A DNA stretch of 63,032 bases, filler included, from Octopus bimaculoides (GCF_001194135.2; 4 parts of 4 records of this genome joined end to end with filler, not necessarily neighbours in it); one strand, 5' to 3'; shown: positions 48,425-62,306, counted from the whole stretch's first letter. Program-made: numbers and translations. The notes: generated by a model not told the origin, from the sequence alone.

Positions 48425-50998
48425 GGTGGTGGTGGTGACTTCTTTTATTTGCCGCCAGGGCGAAGGATGAGGCAGTCATAAAGTGTCGCTGGATAAAAAC
48501 AGAAGGAAGAGAGAAGAAGGTGCAAAGGCAAATGGATGAAAAAGGAGGATGAGTAAGAGGAGGACAAAGAAAGGAGGAGTAGAAAGGAAAAGGAAATAAT
48601 TTCGTTTAGTATTTCAAAGTAACATTTAATAATTATTTTAATTATACTTGGCTGACATTCCAGAACAATATGAAACTAATTGGATGTTCCAGGCTCATCT
48701 TGTCCGCAACAGATCTGCAAATAGTTTATTAATTACTTTGCATTCTATTGTATCCCTTCAGGTAACTAGCTTTTGTCAGCAGGATATTTGACAGAAATTT
48801 ATGGAAAAAGTAGTATTGCAGTCTTTCACAGAATTCAACAAAGTAAATAAGCGGTTTCCGTGTGTATCACTTTATAATAAAAGCCATCTAACGCAATAAT
48901 GAATCTTACACACAAAGAAAGCCACAGATTTTGACCGATTAAATCGATTACACTTGTGTTACAAGTGTTGATTTTATTATCGCTCATCCTTCTCAGACAA
49001 TACATTTGGTGGTTTCTCTAAACCCTTGTTTAAATTATATCAGACACTGAGACAATGTCCATCTGATCTCACCCTGTCATAATTTGACACATCATAAATT
49101 AATATGTTAAAGATTCACCCCATTCATACACATATAATGATCGCATACAAAAACTATTGTAATCTTAGACATAAACAGCAATAGGACAGAGATTGCCTTG
49201 CAACTAATAAGGGAGACTCTATTGCCTTGCTAATAAGGGAGACTCTAAGAAGTCGCTAGGCTTATCAGAAATATTAGCCAATTTTCCATCAAATTTCATT
49301 CGACAGCCTTGAAAAAATGGAGTGGAGACTCATTAGTTAATGTTTTCCTAGATATACAAAGATCTCTAAAAGACGACAGAACGACCATAGTTTGAAGATC
49401 TTTGATCAGCTGAGGTCTACCCTGGAGTAAAATGTTAACACGACTAGTACTTTATCTACTCCAGTAGAATTTTTAAAAAAAAAACGCCGATTAGAATGAG
49501 GCTTGAATGCAGAAATGTTAAAGACATGCACTGAATAATGTAACGTAACTTGCCGGATGCGTTACTAGTTCTGCCACCGTAGGCCTGGTATTAGGTGTTA
49601 ATAATATAGAAATATTAGGTTGCCGACAATTCTTCTTGCTAATCTGTCCTTTTAGCATAAAAAAATATAACATAAAACATCTATAACACCCTATTACTGC
49701 AGAGTTTAATGGATTTTATCTAAAATTCTACATTTGAAATATTTGTTTATAATTCTTTATTTCTGTAATTGATAAGAAAGTTACATTCGTCAATTCAAGT
49801 AAATATTCTGTTTTACTGTGGTTAAAGAAACTATTTTCATTTGTTGAAGCTGAAAATTGTAAAAAGAAGTGAATCGCTTTTAATTAGTCTTTGTGCTCCT
49901 TCACAATGTTGTACATAATCGGCACGCCCGCGCAGCCATGATTCATCTTGTTCAATCAAATTTTTTCTCTTAATGCTATTAGCAAATACGTGATGTAACA
50001 TTAAAGCCAATATAATGTCTTTTTCTTTGATTTTAGGACTCAGTTAAGTGTGTAGTTTTTGATTTACAGAAAATACTTGCGAAATTTCATGAGCATTTTG
50101 TTGAATGATTTAAGAGGTATGATGAATCGGAACAGTTTCCTACAGCTCCAGAAGTGGTTGAAGTGGTGGGAAAAGCATATAACAATAACTAATACACGGG
50201 GAATATTGAATGGCTTAGCTAAGGGAAAATTTCCGCGCTTTCAAAGGCCTGTATTCGGATATACCAGAATTATTCGACTAAGACTTAACTGGTGTATACC
50301 GTGGCAATGCACAGGAGGAGATTTCCCTGAAGTGTAAACAAGGTTTAATCAACCACAAACAGACAACGGAAACATGGTCGATCATTTTAGACCATAAATT
50401 TGCTTAATGTAGTGATAGAAATTTGAATATGTTATCGCCAAGAGATCGATGTTTATTCTTTGTTGCGGAATTAGACCCACACAAACTTATATATTCCATG
50501 AGGTTCTTTCTCTAGCTCCATTACATTGGGTGAACTTTCATATTGTATATATATATATATTGGGTAAACTTTCATATTGCATATATATATATCCTGGTTC
50601 CAAATAACTCCATGTTCACACAGTTTCTTTATTTTATTGAAATGNNNNNNNNNNNNNNNNNNNNNNNNNNNNNNNNNNNNNNNNNNNNNNNNNNNNNNNN
50701 NNNNNNNNNNNNNNNNNNNNNNNNNNNNNNNNNNNNNNNNNNNNNNNNNNNNNNNNNNNNNNNNNNNNNNNNNNNNNNNNNNNNNNNNNNNNNNNNNNNN
50801 NNNNNNNNNNNNNNNNNNNNNNNNNNNNNNNNNNNNNNNNNNNNNNNNNNNNNNNNNNNNNNNNNNNNNNNNNNNNNNNNNNNNNNNNNNNNNNNNNNNN
50901 NNNNNNNNNNNNNNNNNNNNNNNNNNNNNNNNNNNNNNNNNNNNNNNNNNNNNNNNNNNNNNNNNNNNNNNNNNNNNNNNNNNNNNNNNNNNNNNNNN

Positions 50999-51036
<38 letters not shown>

Positions 51037-51039
51037 GTT

Positions 51040-51255
51040 CAGTAGTTTTATTTTTATAACGTGCTTTCACTTCACTACCGAGCGCAGCTCTGTGTGCCTT
51101 GGGTATGTGCTGTGGTTTGCTGTGGTGCTCTTATGGTTACTGTATTGAAAGTGTTTTGCGTAGGATGTGTACAGTGCCCAGTAATGCAATTTTCTGTACG
51201 TTATATATATTTGTAAGTCCTGGTGTTTTTGTTATGTATTTGTCTGAATATTTTA
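51040..51255 (-). mobile_element. R4/Dong-like non-LTR 3' end flanked by (AAT)n
   Basis: PGLTNIYNVQKIALLGTVHILRKTLSIQ* (QK.ALLGT..ILR terminal motif). (TTA)n on both sides. Confidence 0.72.
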
Positions 51256-51285
51256 TTATTATTATTATTATTATTAATGTAGCGA

Positions 51286-51661
51286 CGTTCTGACTTCAAA
51301 TTCCGCTGAGGCCAACTTTGCCTTTCATCTTTTCGGGGTCAATAAATTAAGTACCTGTTGCGTATTGGAGTCGATCTAATTGACTGTCCCCCTCCCCCTC
51401 CAAATGTCAGGCCTTATACCTTTAGTAGAAGGGGTTATTATTATTAAGGCGCCGAGCTGGCAGAATCGTTAGCACTCCGGGCAAAATGGTTAGGGATATT
51501 TCGTCCGCCTTTACGTTCTGGTTTTGAATTTTGCCGAGGTCGATTTCGCCTTTTATCCTTTCAGGGTCGATAAAATAAGTGCCATCTGAACGCTGTGATC
51601 AATGTAATCGATTTACCCACTCACTCCGAACTTGCTGGCCTTGTGCCAAAATTAGAAACCA

Positions 51662-51698
<37 letters not shown>

Positions 51699-51739
51699 CA
51701 TTATCGTTATCGTTATTGTTATTGTTGTTGTTGTTGTTG

Positions 51740-51771
<32 letters not shown>

Positions 51772-51816
51772 TAAAAAATGCTTTCTTATTATTCTTATTA
51801 TTATTATTATCATTAT

Positions 51817-51847
<31 letters not shown>

Positions 51848-52170
51848 AAGAAGAAGAAGAAGAAGAAGAAGAAGAAGAAGAAGAAGAAGAAGAAGAAGGA
51901 GGAGAAGAAGAAGAAGAAGAAGAAGAAGAAGAAGAAGAAGAAGAAGAAGAAGAAGAAGAAGAAGAAGGCAGCGAGCTGGCAGAATCGTCAGCATGTCGAG
52001 GAAAATGTTTAGTGGTATTTCGTCCGTCTTTACGTTCTGGGTTCAAATTCTGCCGAGGCCGACTTTACCTTTCGTCCTTTCTGCATCGATAAATTAAGTA
52101 CCAGTGAAACACGGGGGTCGATGTAATCGACTATCCCACCTCCCCACAAATTTCAGGCCTTGTGCCTATA
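51286..52170 (+). mobile_element. Three stacked SINE family B copies separated by (ATT)n/(GAA)n
   Basis: Copies at ~51286-51435, 51448-51660 and 51966-52170 share head and core sequence. Confidence 0.8.
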
Positions 52171-52699
52171 GTAGTAGTAGTATCGTTGTTCTTGTTCTTG
52201 TTCTTGTCAACTATTATCATCCTTCTCTTTGATCACCCTTAACATTGTCGCTGTAATTTGTGTTTAATCTCATCCTTGATGTCTGCTTAGTTTCATGTTT
52301 ACTTCTGTAGTTTGTGTTATAAGATCATCTGTAATTACTAAAACGCGAATATTCTATCTATTATCCCTCCCTCGTAAAATATTTAGCTCCGTTCACAAAC
52401 TATTGATTTACTTATAACTAAGCATACAGACACAACACCAATTGATTTTGTATCAAACCTTTGCTCGATATAGAAGTCTATTTCTATATACTTTACCTAA
52501 CTAGAAATATTTGCATCATTTTTTTTCTTGAAATTAAACTAGAGTTACACCCACAAAACTCCTATTCTTTCATCTCGATTATATCCACATCCATTTCCCT
52601 AAACTATCGGTCACATCGGTTAACTTTGATCTCATAACATACCAAATAACGTAATTATAAATGATGCAGTTTAAACAATCCTCTTATATGCACATCTTT

Positions 52700-53092
52700 G
52701 TTGTTGTTGTTGTTGGCACTCCGTCGCTTACGACGACGAGGGTTCCAGTTCATCCGATCAACGGAATAGACTGCTCGTGAAATTAACGTGCAAGTGGCTG
52801 AGCACTCCACAGACACGTGTACCCTTAACGTAGTTCTCGGGGATATTCAGCGTGACACAGTGTGACAAGGCTGACCCTTTGAATTACAGGCACAACAGAA
52901 ACAGGAAGTAAGAGTGAGAGAAAGTTGTGGTGAAAGAGTACAGCAGGGTTCGCCACCATGCCCTGCCGGAGCCTCGTGGAGCTTTAGGTGTTTTCGCTCA
53001 ATAAACACTCACAACGCCCGGTCTGGGAATCGAAACCGCGATCCTACGACCGCAAGTCCGCTGCCCTAACCACTGGGCCATTGCGCCTCCAC
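52700..53092 (-). mobile_element. Full-length tRNA-headed SINE family C (393 bp) with 12-bp TSD
   Basis: Head gtggaggcgcaatggcccagtggttagggcagcgg...ggtttcgattccc, (AAC)n tail, TSD ATGCACATCTTT at 52688-52699 and 53093-53104. Confidence 0.9.
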
Positions 53093-54299
53093 ATGCACAT
53101 CTTTACACAACTATCTTTGTGTTTTTCTTCCTATACGTGTGTGGTTATACACACACACACACACATAATATATATATATATTACGTAGAGAAAGTGATAC
53201 AAACATACATAGACACACATATATTCACGCACACACGCACACACACAAGTGCGCGCACACGCATACACACACGTATGTGTGTGTGTGTGTGTGTGTGTGC
53301 GTGAATATATGTGTGTCTATGTATGTTTGTATCACTTTCTCTATGTCTGTCCGCGTGTGTGTGTGCGCACGCATGTGTTTATATGTGTACAGGAAACAGA
53401 AAGTGAGGCGGGTAGAGAAATAAAAATTTGAACTTCGTGCACTAGAATTATAAATAATAGTAATTGGAAGTATAGACAGCAATTAAAGACGTGCAAATAC
53501 CCCTTCATCAGCCGTTTTGTATAAGAACCAATACAATTTCTACACTTACACCGCGGTTTCTCTCACCCCGTAAATGTCAATGTTTAGAAACATTATAAGG
53601 GTGCAGGTAGTTTTTTTTTTTTAATAATCCTAGAGTGCTACCCTTTTCCTATTAGATGATATGACTTCGTGAATATTCTGCATTCCTCGCTAGCAGTGTT
53701 CAAAATCACTGGCACTTACTCAGAAAGCGATCCTATATTTTGAGGGCCAAAACCTTGTTGACTCAAACGTAAAAACGGCAGACGAGGGTATTTTCACTCT
53801 AAACAGTCTTTGCTGCCCAGATTTATTTGTCTCGCAAAGAATAATCAGCGCATATCTACAGTACCCTTGCTCATTGTACTGCGTCTGTGGGATCGAACCA
53901 GGCTTCACGAGTTTGCTATGCAAGCACATAGCTATGCCTGCGCCTCTCTCAGAAAATATTATCGTTGCTGTTATTGTTGATTATATTGCTGTTGCCGCTA
54001 GATTTACAAAGAAAAGACGTATCTCAAAGAAGCCCTCTTTGATTTGTTCAAATATTTATCTTCTCAAACGGAAATGAGATTTATTCTGTTTATTTTATTG
54101 CTTTTATATCGAGAGAGAAAGTTTAATTGTTATATAAATCTTCCTGATTTAGCGTAAGAAAATATTGTTAATTGCAATTTGATTCTTCCATTACGGCAGA
54201 AATTCCATTTTAACATGACTACAGTGGTAGAGGTGAAAGATAATTTCAACAACGGTGCTAGCCAACTTCACACTATTACTGCTACTGCAGCTACTGCTG

Positions 54300-54306
54300 C
54301 TGCTGT

Positions 54307-54387
<81 letters not shown>

Positions 54388-54430
54388 CGATGATGATGAT
54401 GATGATGATAATGATGACGACGACGGCAGC
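54300..54430. repeat. (GAT/GGT/GAC)n trinucleotide microsatellite
   Basis: Directly visible. Confidence 0.95.
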
Positions 54431-54725
54431 GGCGGCGACGGCAACGACAAAGATGTGAAGAAGTAGTAAGAGGAGGAGGAGGAGGAGGAAGATTATAACG
54501 TGGATAGTTTGAGTACTATGAACAGTTGTGTAAATAGCAGCTATGTTTCCATCATTAACAACAACGCCAGGCAAAACACTTAATTGAACAACAGTAACAC
54601 TAGCAAGAACAAACGACAAAATGTCCTATAAACATCTATGGCAATGTTTACAACAACGGTAGTGACAACGGTCTTCGATACCACAGTATTACAGCAGTAA
54701 TGTTATTTAAAACCGTCTTCTGTGT

Positions 54726-54834
<109 letters not shown>

Positions 54835-54909
54835 TGTCTGTCTGTGTATCTCTGTCTCTTTGTGTCTTTGTATCAGTGTGTGTGTGTGTGCTTGCACGCG
54901 CGTGAAGGT

Positions 54910-55140
54910 GCGTGGCCTACCGGTTAGAGTGCTTTGCGCTCAAAATCACAACATCGTGGTTTCGATTACCAGACTGTCCAAGGTGCGTTGTGTTATTGAG
55001 CAAAGCATTTCATTTCATATTGCTTCAGTCCACTATGCTGTTCACTAAGGGTAACCCTGTGATGGTCTGGAATCTCCTTCAGCAGGGAACCTTGGCCAGT
55101 CCACTAACCCAGTGGGGTTGTATCATTTGAAAGCTACAAC
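54910..55140 (+). mobile_element. Diverged tRNA-headed SINE
   Basis: ggttagagtg...gtggtttcgattacc head and ttattgagcaaagc body resembling family C. Confidence 0.5.
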
Positions 55141-55528
55141 AATGTGAAAAGCTGCAGTGTATAATGACATCAGATTCTGTAGTCGATACAGAAGTGTGTG
55201 TGTGTGTGTGTGTGTGTGTAATCTTTTATTTTTTAACTTGTTCTTTAATTCATTTGACTGCAGCCATGGTGGAGCACTGCCATATATATANNNNNNNNNN
55301 NNNNNNNNNNNNNNNNNNNNNNNNNNNNNNNNNNNNNNNNNNNNNNNNNNNNNNNNNNNNNNNNNNNNNNNNNNNNNNNNNNNNNNNNNNNNNNNNNNNN
55401 NNNNNNNNNNNNNNNNNNNNNNNTATACATATACATATATATATGTATGTATGTATATATATATATATATATATATAACGTATAATCATATGACTGAATC
55501 TATGTATATAAACGTATAAGCAAATGAC

Positions 55529-55569
<41 letters not shown>

Positions 55570-55942
55570 AACAACATATATATATGTGCATATATACATA
55601 CATATATGTACATATATATATGTGTGTGTGTGTATGTGTGTATGTATGTATGTATGTACATATATGTATATATGCATATATATACATGTATATATATTAT
55701 TTGAATTATCATTTGATTGAACGTCACGCATCCATTTCCAAGTGAGTTTATATATATATTTATATAGGTGAGAGAGTTAGTATGTGAAAGCACGTGGTTG
55801 GATGTATGAAAGAGTGAAAAAAACTACAGAAGGCTTGTGTTATATGGTTAAAGAATATATTTAAATCTTTATGTTAGAAAAATGTTATAAAATTTTGCGT
55901 ATATTAACATTGTTTTTGGAGAAATAACCGGTTCTGATCCGT

Positions 55943-56302
55943 CTTGAAGCATCAGAATTCCTTTTCGAAGAGAGACAAAAATTCAAAATCAAATCTGACT
56001 TTACTTGTGCTTCAGAAAACCTTATTTATGTTATAAGATGCTCAGGCTGCCACCAAAACTACATAGGGTCCACGGAATTATCGCTCAGACGCAGATGCAC
56101 TCTGCATCGACAGCAGATTGTATTCCCAGAATGCAGAATGATACTCTTTAGTGAACATATTGAGAAATGCGCAAAGCAAATGCTACCACAATCTGTAATC
56201 TTTCCATTCTATCAATGTGCCATTGGAACACCAACACAAGTTAGATTAAATAAGGAAACCTTCTTCATTGAAAAATATAAGCCAAAACCTAACCATTCCT
56301 AA
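55943..56302 (+). mobile_element. Penelope-like GIY-YIG endonuclease fragment (open for 120 codons)
   Basis: FTCASENLIYVIRCSGCHQNYIGSTELSLRRRCTLHRQQI...KETFFIEKYKP*. No ATG, so absent from the ORF track. Confidence 0.88.
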
Positions 56303-57504
56303 CATTTTCAAATAAGAAAACTCACCTCATTTGAAAAAAAATATAAAGCAAAACCTAACCACTTTTAACATTCTATTCCTTCTAGACCAACCTTCCTGAT
56401 ATTCAATTACATCTTACAGTTGATATATGCTTACACATATATAACAATAATTATTATTGTTCCCCTACTCTTCTACAAAATATATGTACTTACAGATATC
56501 GTTTTTTTATTATTTTTTGCACCCTTTACTCCATATATAAAAAAATTTCTTATTTCACATTCACAATTCCCTATTACCTTATATCAATTAGACAACCTTT
56601 ATTACTATATTTCCAACTTCTTTTATGCATAACTACGTTCTCAACTTTTATTCTATCTTTTTACTATTTATAAAAAACATAGTCAACGTACTAGATACCG
56701 ATAATTATAATTTTCTTTAAAAAACAAAATATCTTTACGACTTTGTCTCAGATTTATCTCCCCTACATTGCTTATCTCTTTATTTTTTGAATACTTTACA
56801 ATTTCGTTTTCATTATCCTGAAACGATTTTTTCTTTTTTTTTCAATATTTTTAGCCACAGCAAGTATTTACTCTCTTAATTTCTGTAATATTAACAACTT
56901 TACTTCTATTTTTATTTGTTTATCTGATATACAATTGACACAAATGAATATAAGTTTTTACACTTAAATTATTTTTTTTCCAATATATAGAGCTACTCTC
57001 TAATTAACTCCGTTTGTTTCGTTTGCATTTAAGTAGCCTAACGAAAACAACATTAGCTAGTTTTCATTTCTTTATTCTCGCACAAAATTTCTTTTTCTTA
57101 AAAATAACTTCTTTAAATAAACACCATACCTTATATTACTTATATAGCTTATAACTCACAAGTCATAAACTGATTTAAATATAACTATGCTATCTCATTG
57201 GACATCTCTATCTCTCTTCTATGATAAATGCTTTATTTGGTGTGTATATTTCTTAAATACTTATTTTTATATAGAGGGAATGTTTCTAAAACATCTTTCA
57301 CTTATATTTTCAAATAACCGTTAGCTGCATCAGTTTTAGTTCTTTCACAACTAGACTCAACAACAATTTTTTTTTCTTTTTTTTTTTGGAGTATGCTCAT
57401 GATTTTCTATAAGAATAAAATATTTATATCCGAATATGTTATTTGCTACTTCCTCCATCAAGTGTTATGTAACAATAATAATAATTTTTTGATGCATTCT
57501 TTTT

Positions 57505-57625
57505 CTGCACTGAGGAGAACAGTAATATGTAATTAATTAATTTAATTTAATTTAATTTAATTAATTTCTAATTATTCTACCATGTTATTTACATGCTAAT
57601 ATTACTGTTCGAAACGATCGTGTGC
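57505..57625 (+). ncRNA. Type I hammerhead ribozyme-like motif (PLE pLTR) with extended stem II
   Basis: gca-CTGAGGA-GAACAGTAATAT...ATATTACTGTTC-GAAA-CGATCG-T-G-tgc: intact core, perfect 12-bp stem II, palindromic stem III. Confidence 0.75.
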
Positions 57626-58639
57626 TTGTATTAAGATTCTTTTTTAAAAATTTTAACATCTCTTCTCCATCTTTAACAGTCTGTTGTGTTTCTATGGGAT
57701 ACTTTTCCATAAATTNNNNNNNNNNNNNNNNNNNNNNNNNNNNNNNNNNNNNNNNNNNNNNNNNNNNNNNNNNNNNNNNNNNNNNNNNNNNNNNNNNNNN
57801 NNNNNNNNNNNNNNNNNNNNNNNNNNNNNNNNNNNNNNNNNNNNNNNNNNNNNNNNNNNNNNNNNNNNNNNNNNNNNNNNNNNNNNNNNNNNNNNNNNNN
57901 NNNNNNNNNNNNNNNNNNNNNNNNNNNNNNNNNNNNNNNNNNNNNNNNNNNNNNNNNNNNNNNNNNNNNNNNNNNNNNNNNNNNNNNNNNNNNNNNNNNN
58001 NNNATACATACATATATAAGGTAGAGAAAAACCGAGTTTTTCTACTCGCCGTCCAGCCATGTTAAGCCAGCAGACACGCTGTAAACATATTTTCACCTGA
58101 AACAGAGTTTTCATTGCCCTGTGTGGCAGACATCAGAGACTTGCCTATTCAAAGAACTTCAAGCTTTCCTCATAGACAGATTTAGATGTGAAATGGATGT
58201 TTAGTCAATTTGTTTGTTTTATTGCAGACTCTGGTTTATTTGGTATAATTATTCTACACTGAAGAGTACATACTACTTTTTAAAATATTTAACCCATGGA
58301 GAGTATTCAAGATCCTTTCTTAAAGCCCAAATTCAGTCATGTGACCACTACACAATGTCTTCTCCTTGACCACTTCACACTTGGAGCGAAATGAAACAAC
58401 TGGCAAAATTTATTTCCTGTTATTAAAAAAATAAACTATTCCCCCATTTATCCAAACCAATGCTATAAAATTTTATTTTAAATATTTAAAACTATTTTTA
58501 AAAGGTTACGTAACAGAAGTAAACCGGCACCTAATTTTTTGTTAAAATAGAGCTGCTATCCATTTTAAGCAAATTATAACCCAGTAATATTTTTCCCGCT
58601 TTCATTCACTCCCAGGATGACAAAAGAGTCAATCAGCTA

Positions 58640-59990
58640 AGTTTCTTCACTTCTTTCTCGACCTTTTGCAATAAGAAACTTCGAAGATAAAAAGAATATT
58701 ATCATTGTCGAAAACGAGAAGCCAAAGCTTGAACCAAAGTGGACAGCAAAGAATGCCATCGTTATTTTGATTCCAAGTATCAACAGCAGTATGAGTAGAT
58801 GACGAGATGCCCCATTCTCAACAAATTGTTCTGTTTCTTATGTCTGTTATTTTGTGAGCCTAAGAATACATGGACAACTATTGGCTACTGCGATTTCCAC
58901 AATTTCATCACAACTTTGGCAAAACACAAAAATCTTAGAACCATCTGAATTCCGTAATTGCTCTAAAACCCTTGTTCGACAACGAATTGATACTGTCATC
59001 GATCACTGGAAAGCAGCTTCGATTCAGTTCTATAACAGATCAGTGAAGAAAAATCATGATGTATTGAAAAGATTAATTCATTGTATTGAAATTCTGGCCG
59101 GTTAAGAATTACCTTCTGAAGGACACGATGAAACAGGAAAATCAAACAATAAGGGCAATTTCTGGCTACATGTGAAGTAGTAGTGGAATGCAATTAGTGC
59201 TTAAGACAGCATTTAGATTTCGTGAAGAAAAATGTCAACTGCACATTTTCTGAATTTTCAAGTGATATTCAAAATCAGAACATTTAATTGTACAGCTGCT
59301 ATAATTGAAGGGAAAATTAAGGTAATGATCAAAAAAGTAGTAATTGTTGCTGTTATGTTTGGTGAGACTACGGATATCCGAATTAAATGTCAATTCCCAC
59401 ACGTTTTGCAAATCGATGATGAGAAGGAAAAGCCTCAAGAAGGATTTCGGGATACAACGACGTCAGTAAAGAGAGAAAAGCTGCATAGTTGACAGAAACT
59501 GGAAAATCTGTTAATGAATTCAAATGTGGCCAAAAATTCATCGCATAAACTTATGACAGAGTGAGCGTGATGACTGGACATAAAGGAAATTTTGGCGCGA
59601 ACGCCATATCTGTACGTTGTTATGAACATTCACTTACTTTGGTACTCTTTCACTAAGCTTCAAATATTCGTGAAGGGCGAATTTTCTTCCAAAATCTAGA
59701 AGAAATTTCGACTTCTTTCTCAAAGCCGACGGTTTTAATAGCCCTACTGGAGGAAATTGTTGGAAAAGTGATTTCTAAAGTTATCTGAGACACGTTAGAA
59801 TTATTCAGCTCGGCAAGTATTCATTTTTTCCAACAAAATTACTGTTTCACGGTATTTTCAACCATATTAGAAAACCCATAATATTGGAGTGCTTCAGAAT
59901 TAAAACAGGCAAGGGAATTCATTGCAATCCTAGATTTTCAGTTTAAATTTTTATTAGTGGTTTTCGAAACCTGTGAGATTCTATTATACA
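58640..59990 (+). mobile_element. Decayed hAT-superfamily transposase (ZMYM1/DUF4371-like)
   Basis: NKLFCFLCLLF (TTF-type Zn finger), ELP..GHDETGKSNNKGNF, AVMFGETTDI, TYD..SVMTGHKG, VRCYEHSLTLV across frameshifts. Confidence 0.82.
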
Positions 59991-60039
59991 TCACTGCAAT
60001 GTGTTTTAAATATTCTCTCTGCCCGCTCTCTCTCTCTCT

Positions 60040-60105
<66 letters not shown>

Positions 60106-62230
60106 TTCTCTCTTTCTTTCTTTTTCTCTTTCTCTTCTCTCTCTCTCTCTCTCTCTCTCTGCCTACCTTTCGACAGACAGACGCTCACACAGACAGACAG
60201 ACAGATAGATAGATAGATAGACAGACAGATAGATAGTGATGCTGTGTGTATGAAAGAGAGAAGTGTTTGTTTGTGTACGTGGGTAAAAGGTATACACAAC
60301 GTCGCGTAAACTGCCGGTCAGCTGCTGTGACAAACAAAAATACCTCTTGTTTTTTAGTCTACTCAGATTTGAATAGACGCTTCCTTGTCACTCTCGACAA
60401 GAAACTGGCCTCTGGGAAAACTTATAAAAAGAGACAATGCTATTGTTCGCGAAATACATGACGTGAAATTTAAGAAATGAATACCATCATTATTACCACG
60501 ACAGACACTGAGTGAAAACTAGCGATAACAAGTCGAGAACTTGAACAGAAAGAAAATAAAACATTTCTTTTCCATTAATTTCAATCGATTGTTTCTATCT
60601 GTAAAAGTGGATCTCCGCCCACATATTTCTCAGTTAAAAACTCAGTCTATATCTTCTTGAATATCTGGGGGCCGCCGGATGCTTTGAGTGTATTTTTCCG
60701 TGTAACGTAGCAGTTTGTACCTTAGTCCTTCTATGACTGCTTCTGATAAAATTGAGTGTTTGCGGTTTTCTGTGTATGCATATTTGTATCAATGCGTTTG
60801 TATTTGTCAGTGTCTGTATGTTTATGTATGTGTATATGTATGTATTGATGTATGTGCATGCATACGGTTCGGATTCCGTTTTTGTGAACATGAATATGCT
60901 GTGGTGTCCTTAAGGGTGCGACAGGTTTTATATACTTGTCTGCGACTATGAATGTGTGTACGTGTGTCCCTGGGTGGGTTTGAAGCGTTGTTTCTGTGTG
61001 AACATGTTTGAATATTATTTTTACACATATCTCATACATGCGCACACACACTGACACACATGCACACACACACACACACAAACACACACGCACACACACA
61101 CATACACCAACACATGCATTCACACACACAGTAACTTATGTGTCTTTGATTTATGTGTGCATATGACTGCATTCTTTACATAGGTTTATAACAGCTTATG
61201 CATATAAATGCTTCTCTTAGGTGCGGCCCTCATTGGCCATCCATTTATAGTTTTCATGTGGTATGAATATATAAACGGCAATATTTCTGTCGATGAGCAG
61301 CAGTGCGTATATGTTTGCAAATCAATAAATATATTAAATGTTTTTATATATAGATACATATGTATATATGAATGTGTATACATACATACATATATATATA
61401 CATACATACATACATACATATNNNNNNNNNNNNNNNNNNNNNNNNNNNNNNNNNNNNNNNNNNNNNNNNNNNNNNNNNNNNNNNNNNNNNNNNNNNNNNN
61501 NNNNNNNNNNNNNNNNNNNNNNNNNNNNNNNNNNNNNNNNNNNNNNNNNNNNNNNNNNNNNNNNNNNNNNNNNNNNNNNNNNNNNNNNNNNNNNNNNNNN
61601 NNNNNNNNNNNNNNNNNNNNNNNNNNNNNNNNNNNNNNNNNNNNNNNNNNNNNNNNNNNNNNNNNNNNNNNNNNNNNNNNNNNNNNNNNNNNNNNNNNNN
61701 NNNNNNNNNNNNNNNNNNNNNNNNNNNNNNNNNNNNNNNNNNNNNNNNNNNNNNNNNNNNNNNNNNNNNNNNNNNNNNNNNNNNNNNNNNNNNNNNNNNN
61801 NNNNNNNNNNNNNNNNNNNNNNNNNNNNNNNNNNNNNNNNNNNNNNNNNNNNNNNNNNNNNNNNNNNNNNNNNNNNNNNNNNNNNNNNNNNNNNNNNNNN
61901 NNNNNNNNNNNNNNNNNNNNNNNNNNNNNNNNNNNNNNNNNNNNNNNNNNNNNNNNNNNNNNNNNNNNNNNNNNNNNNNNNNNNNNNNNNNNNNNNNNNN
62001 NNNNNNNNNNNNNNNNNNNNNNNNNNNNNNNNNNNNNNNNNNNNNNNNNNNNNNNNNNNNNNNNNNNNNNNNNNNNNNNNNNNNNNNNNNNNNNNNNNNN
62101 NNNNNNNNNNNNNNNNNNNNNNNNNNNNNNNNNNNNNNNNNNNNNNNNNNNNNNNNNNNNNNNNNNNNNNNNNNNNNNNNNNNNNNNNNNNNNNNNNNNN
62201 NNNNNNNNNNNNNNNNNNNNNNNNNNNNNN

Positions 62231-62306
<76 letters not shown>

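Noticed and set aside
51579-52097. 172-aa ORF with poly-Y/C/R
   Set aside because: SINE plus (ATT)/(GTT)/(GAA) microsatellites.
53495-53515. CTGATGAAGGGG on the minus strand resembling the permuted-core family
   Set aside because: Lacks the upstream CTTCGAAAC block and downstream homology.
54179-54619. Poly-D acidic ORF
   Set aside because: (GAT)n microsatellite; no flanking exon evidence.
57690-57709. 20-nt exact match to PLE RT at 2320-2339 (EKYPIE)
   Set aside because: Similarity does not extend on the readable side and the other side is a gap; cannot be distinguished from chance.
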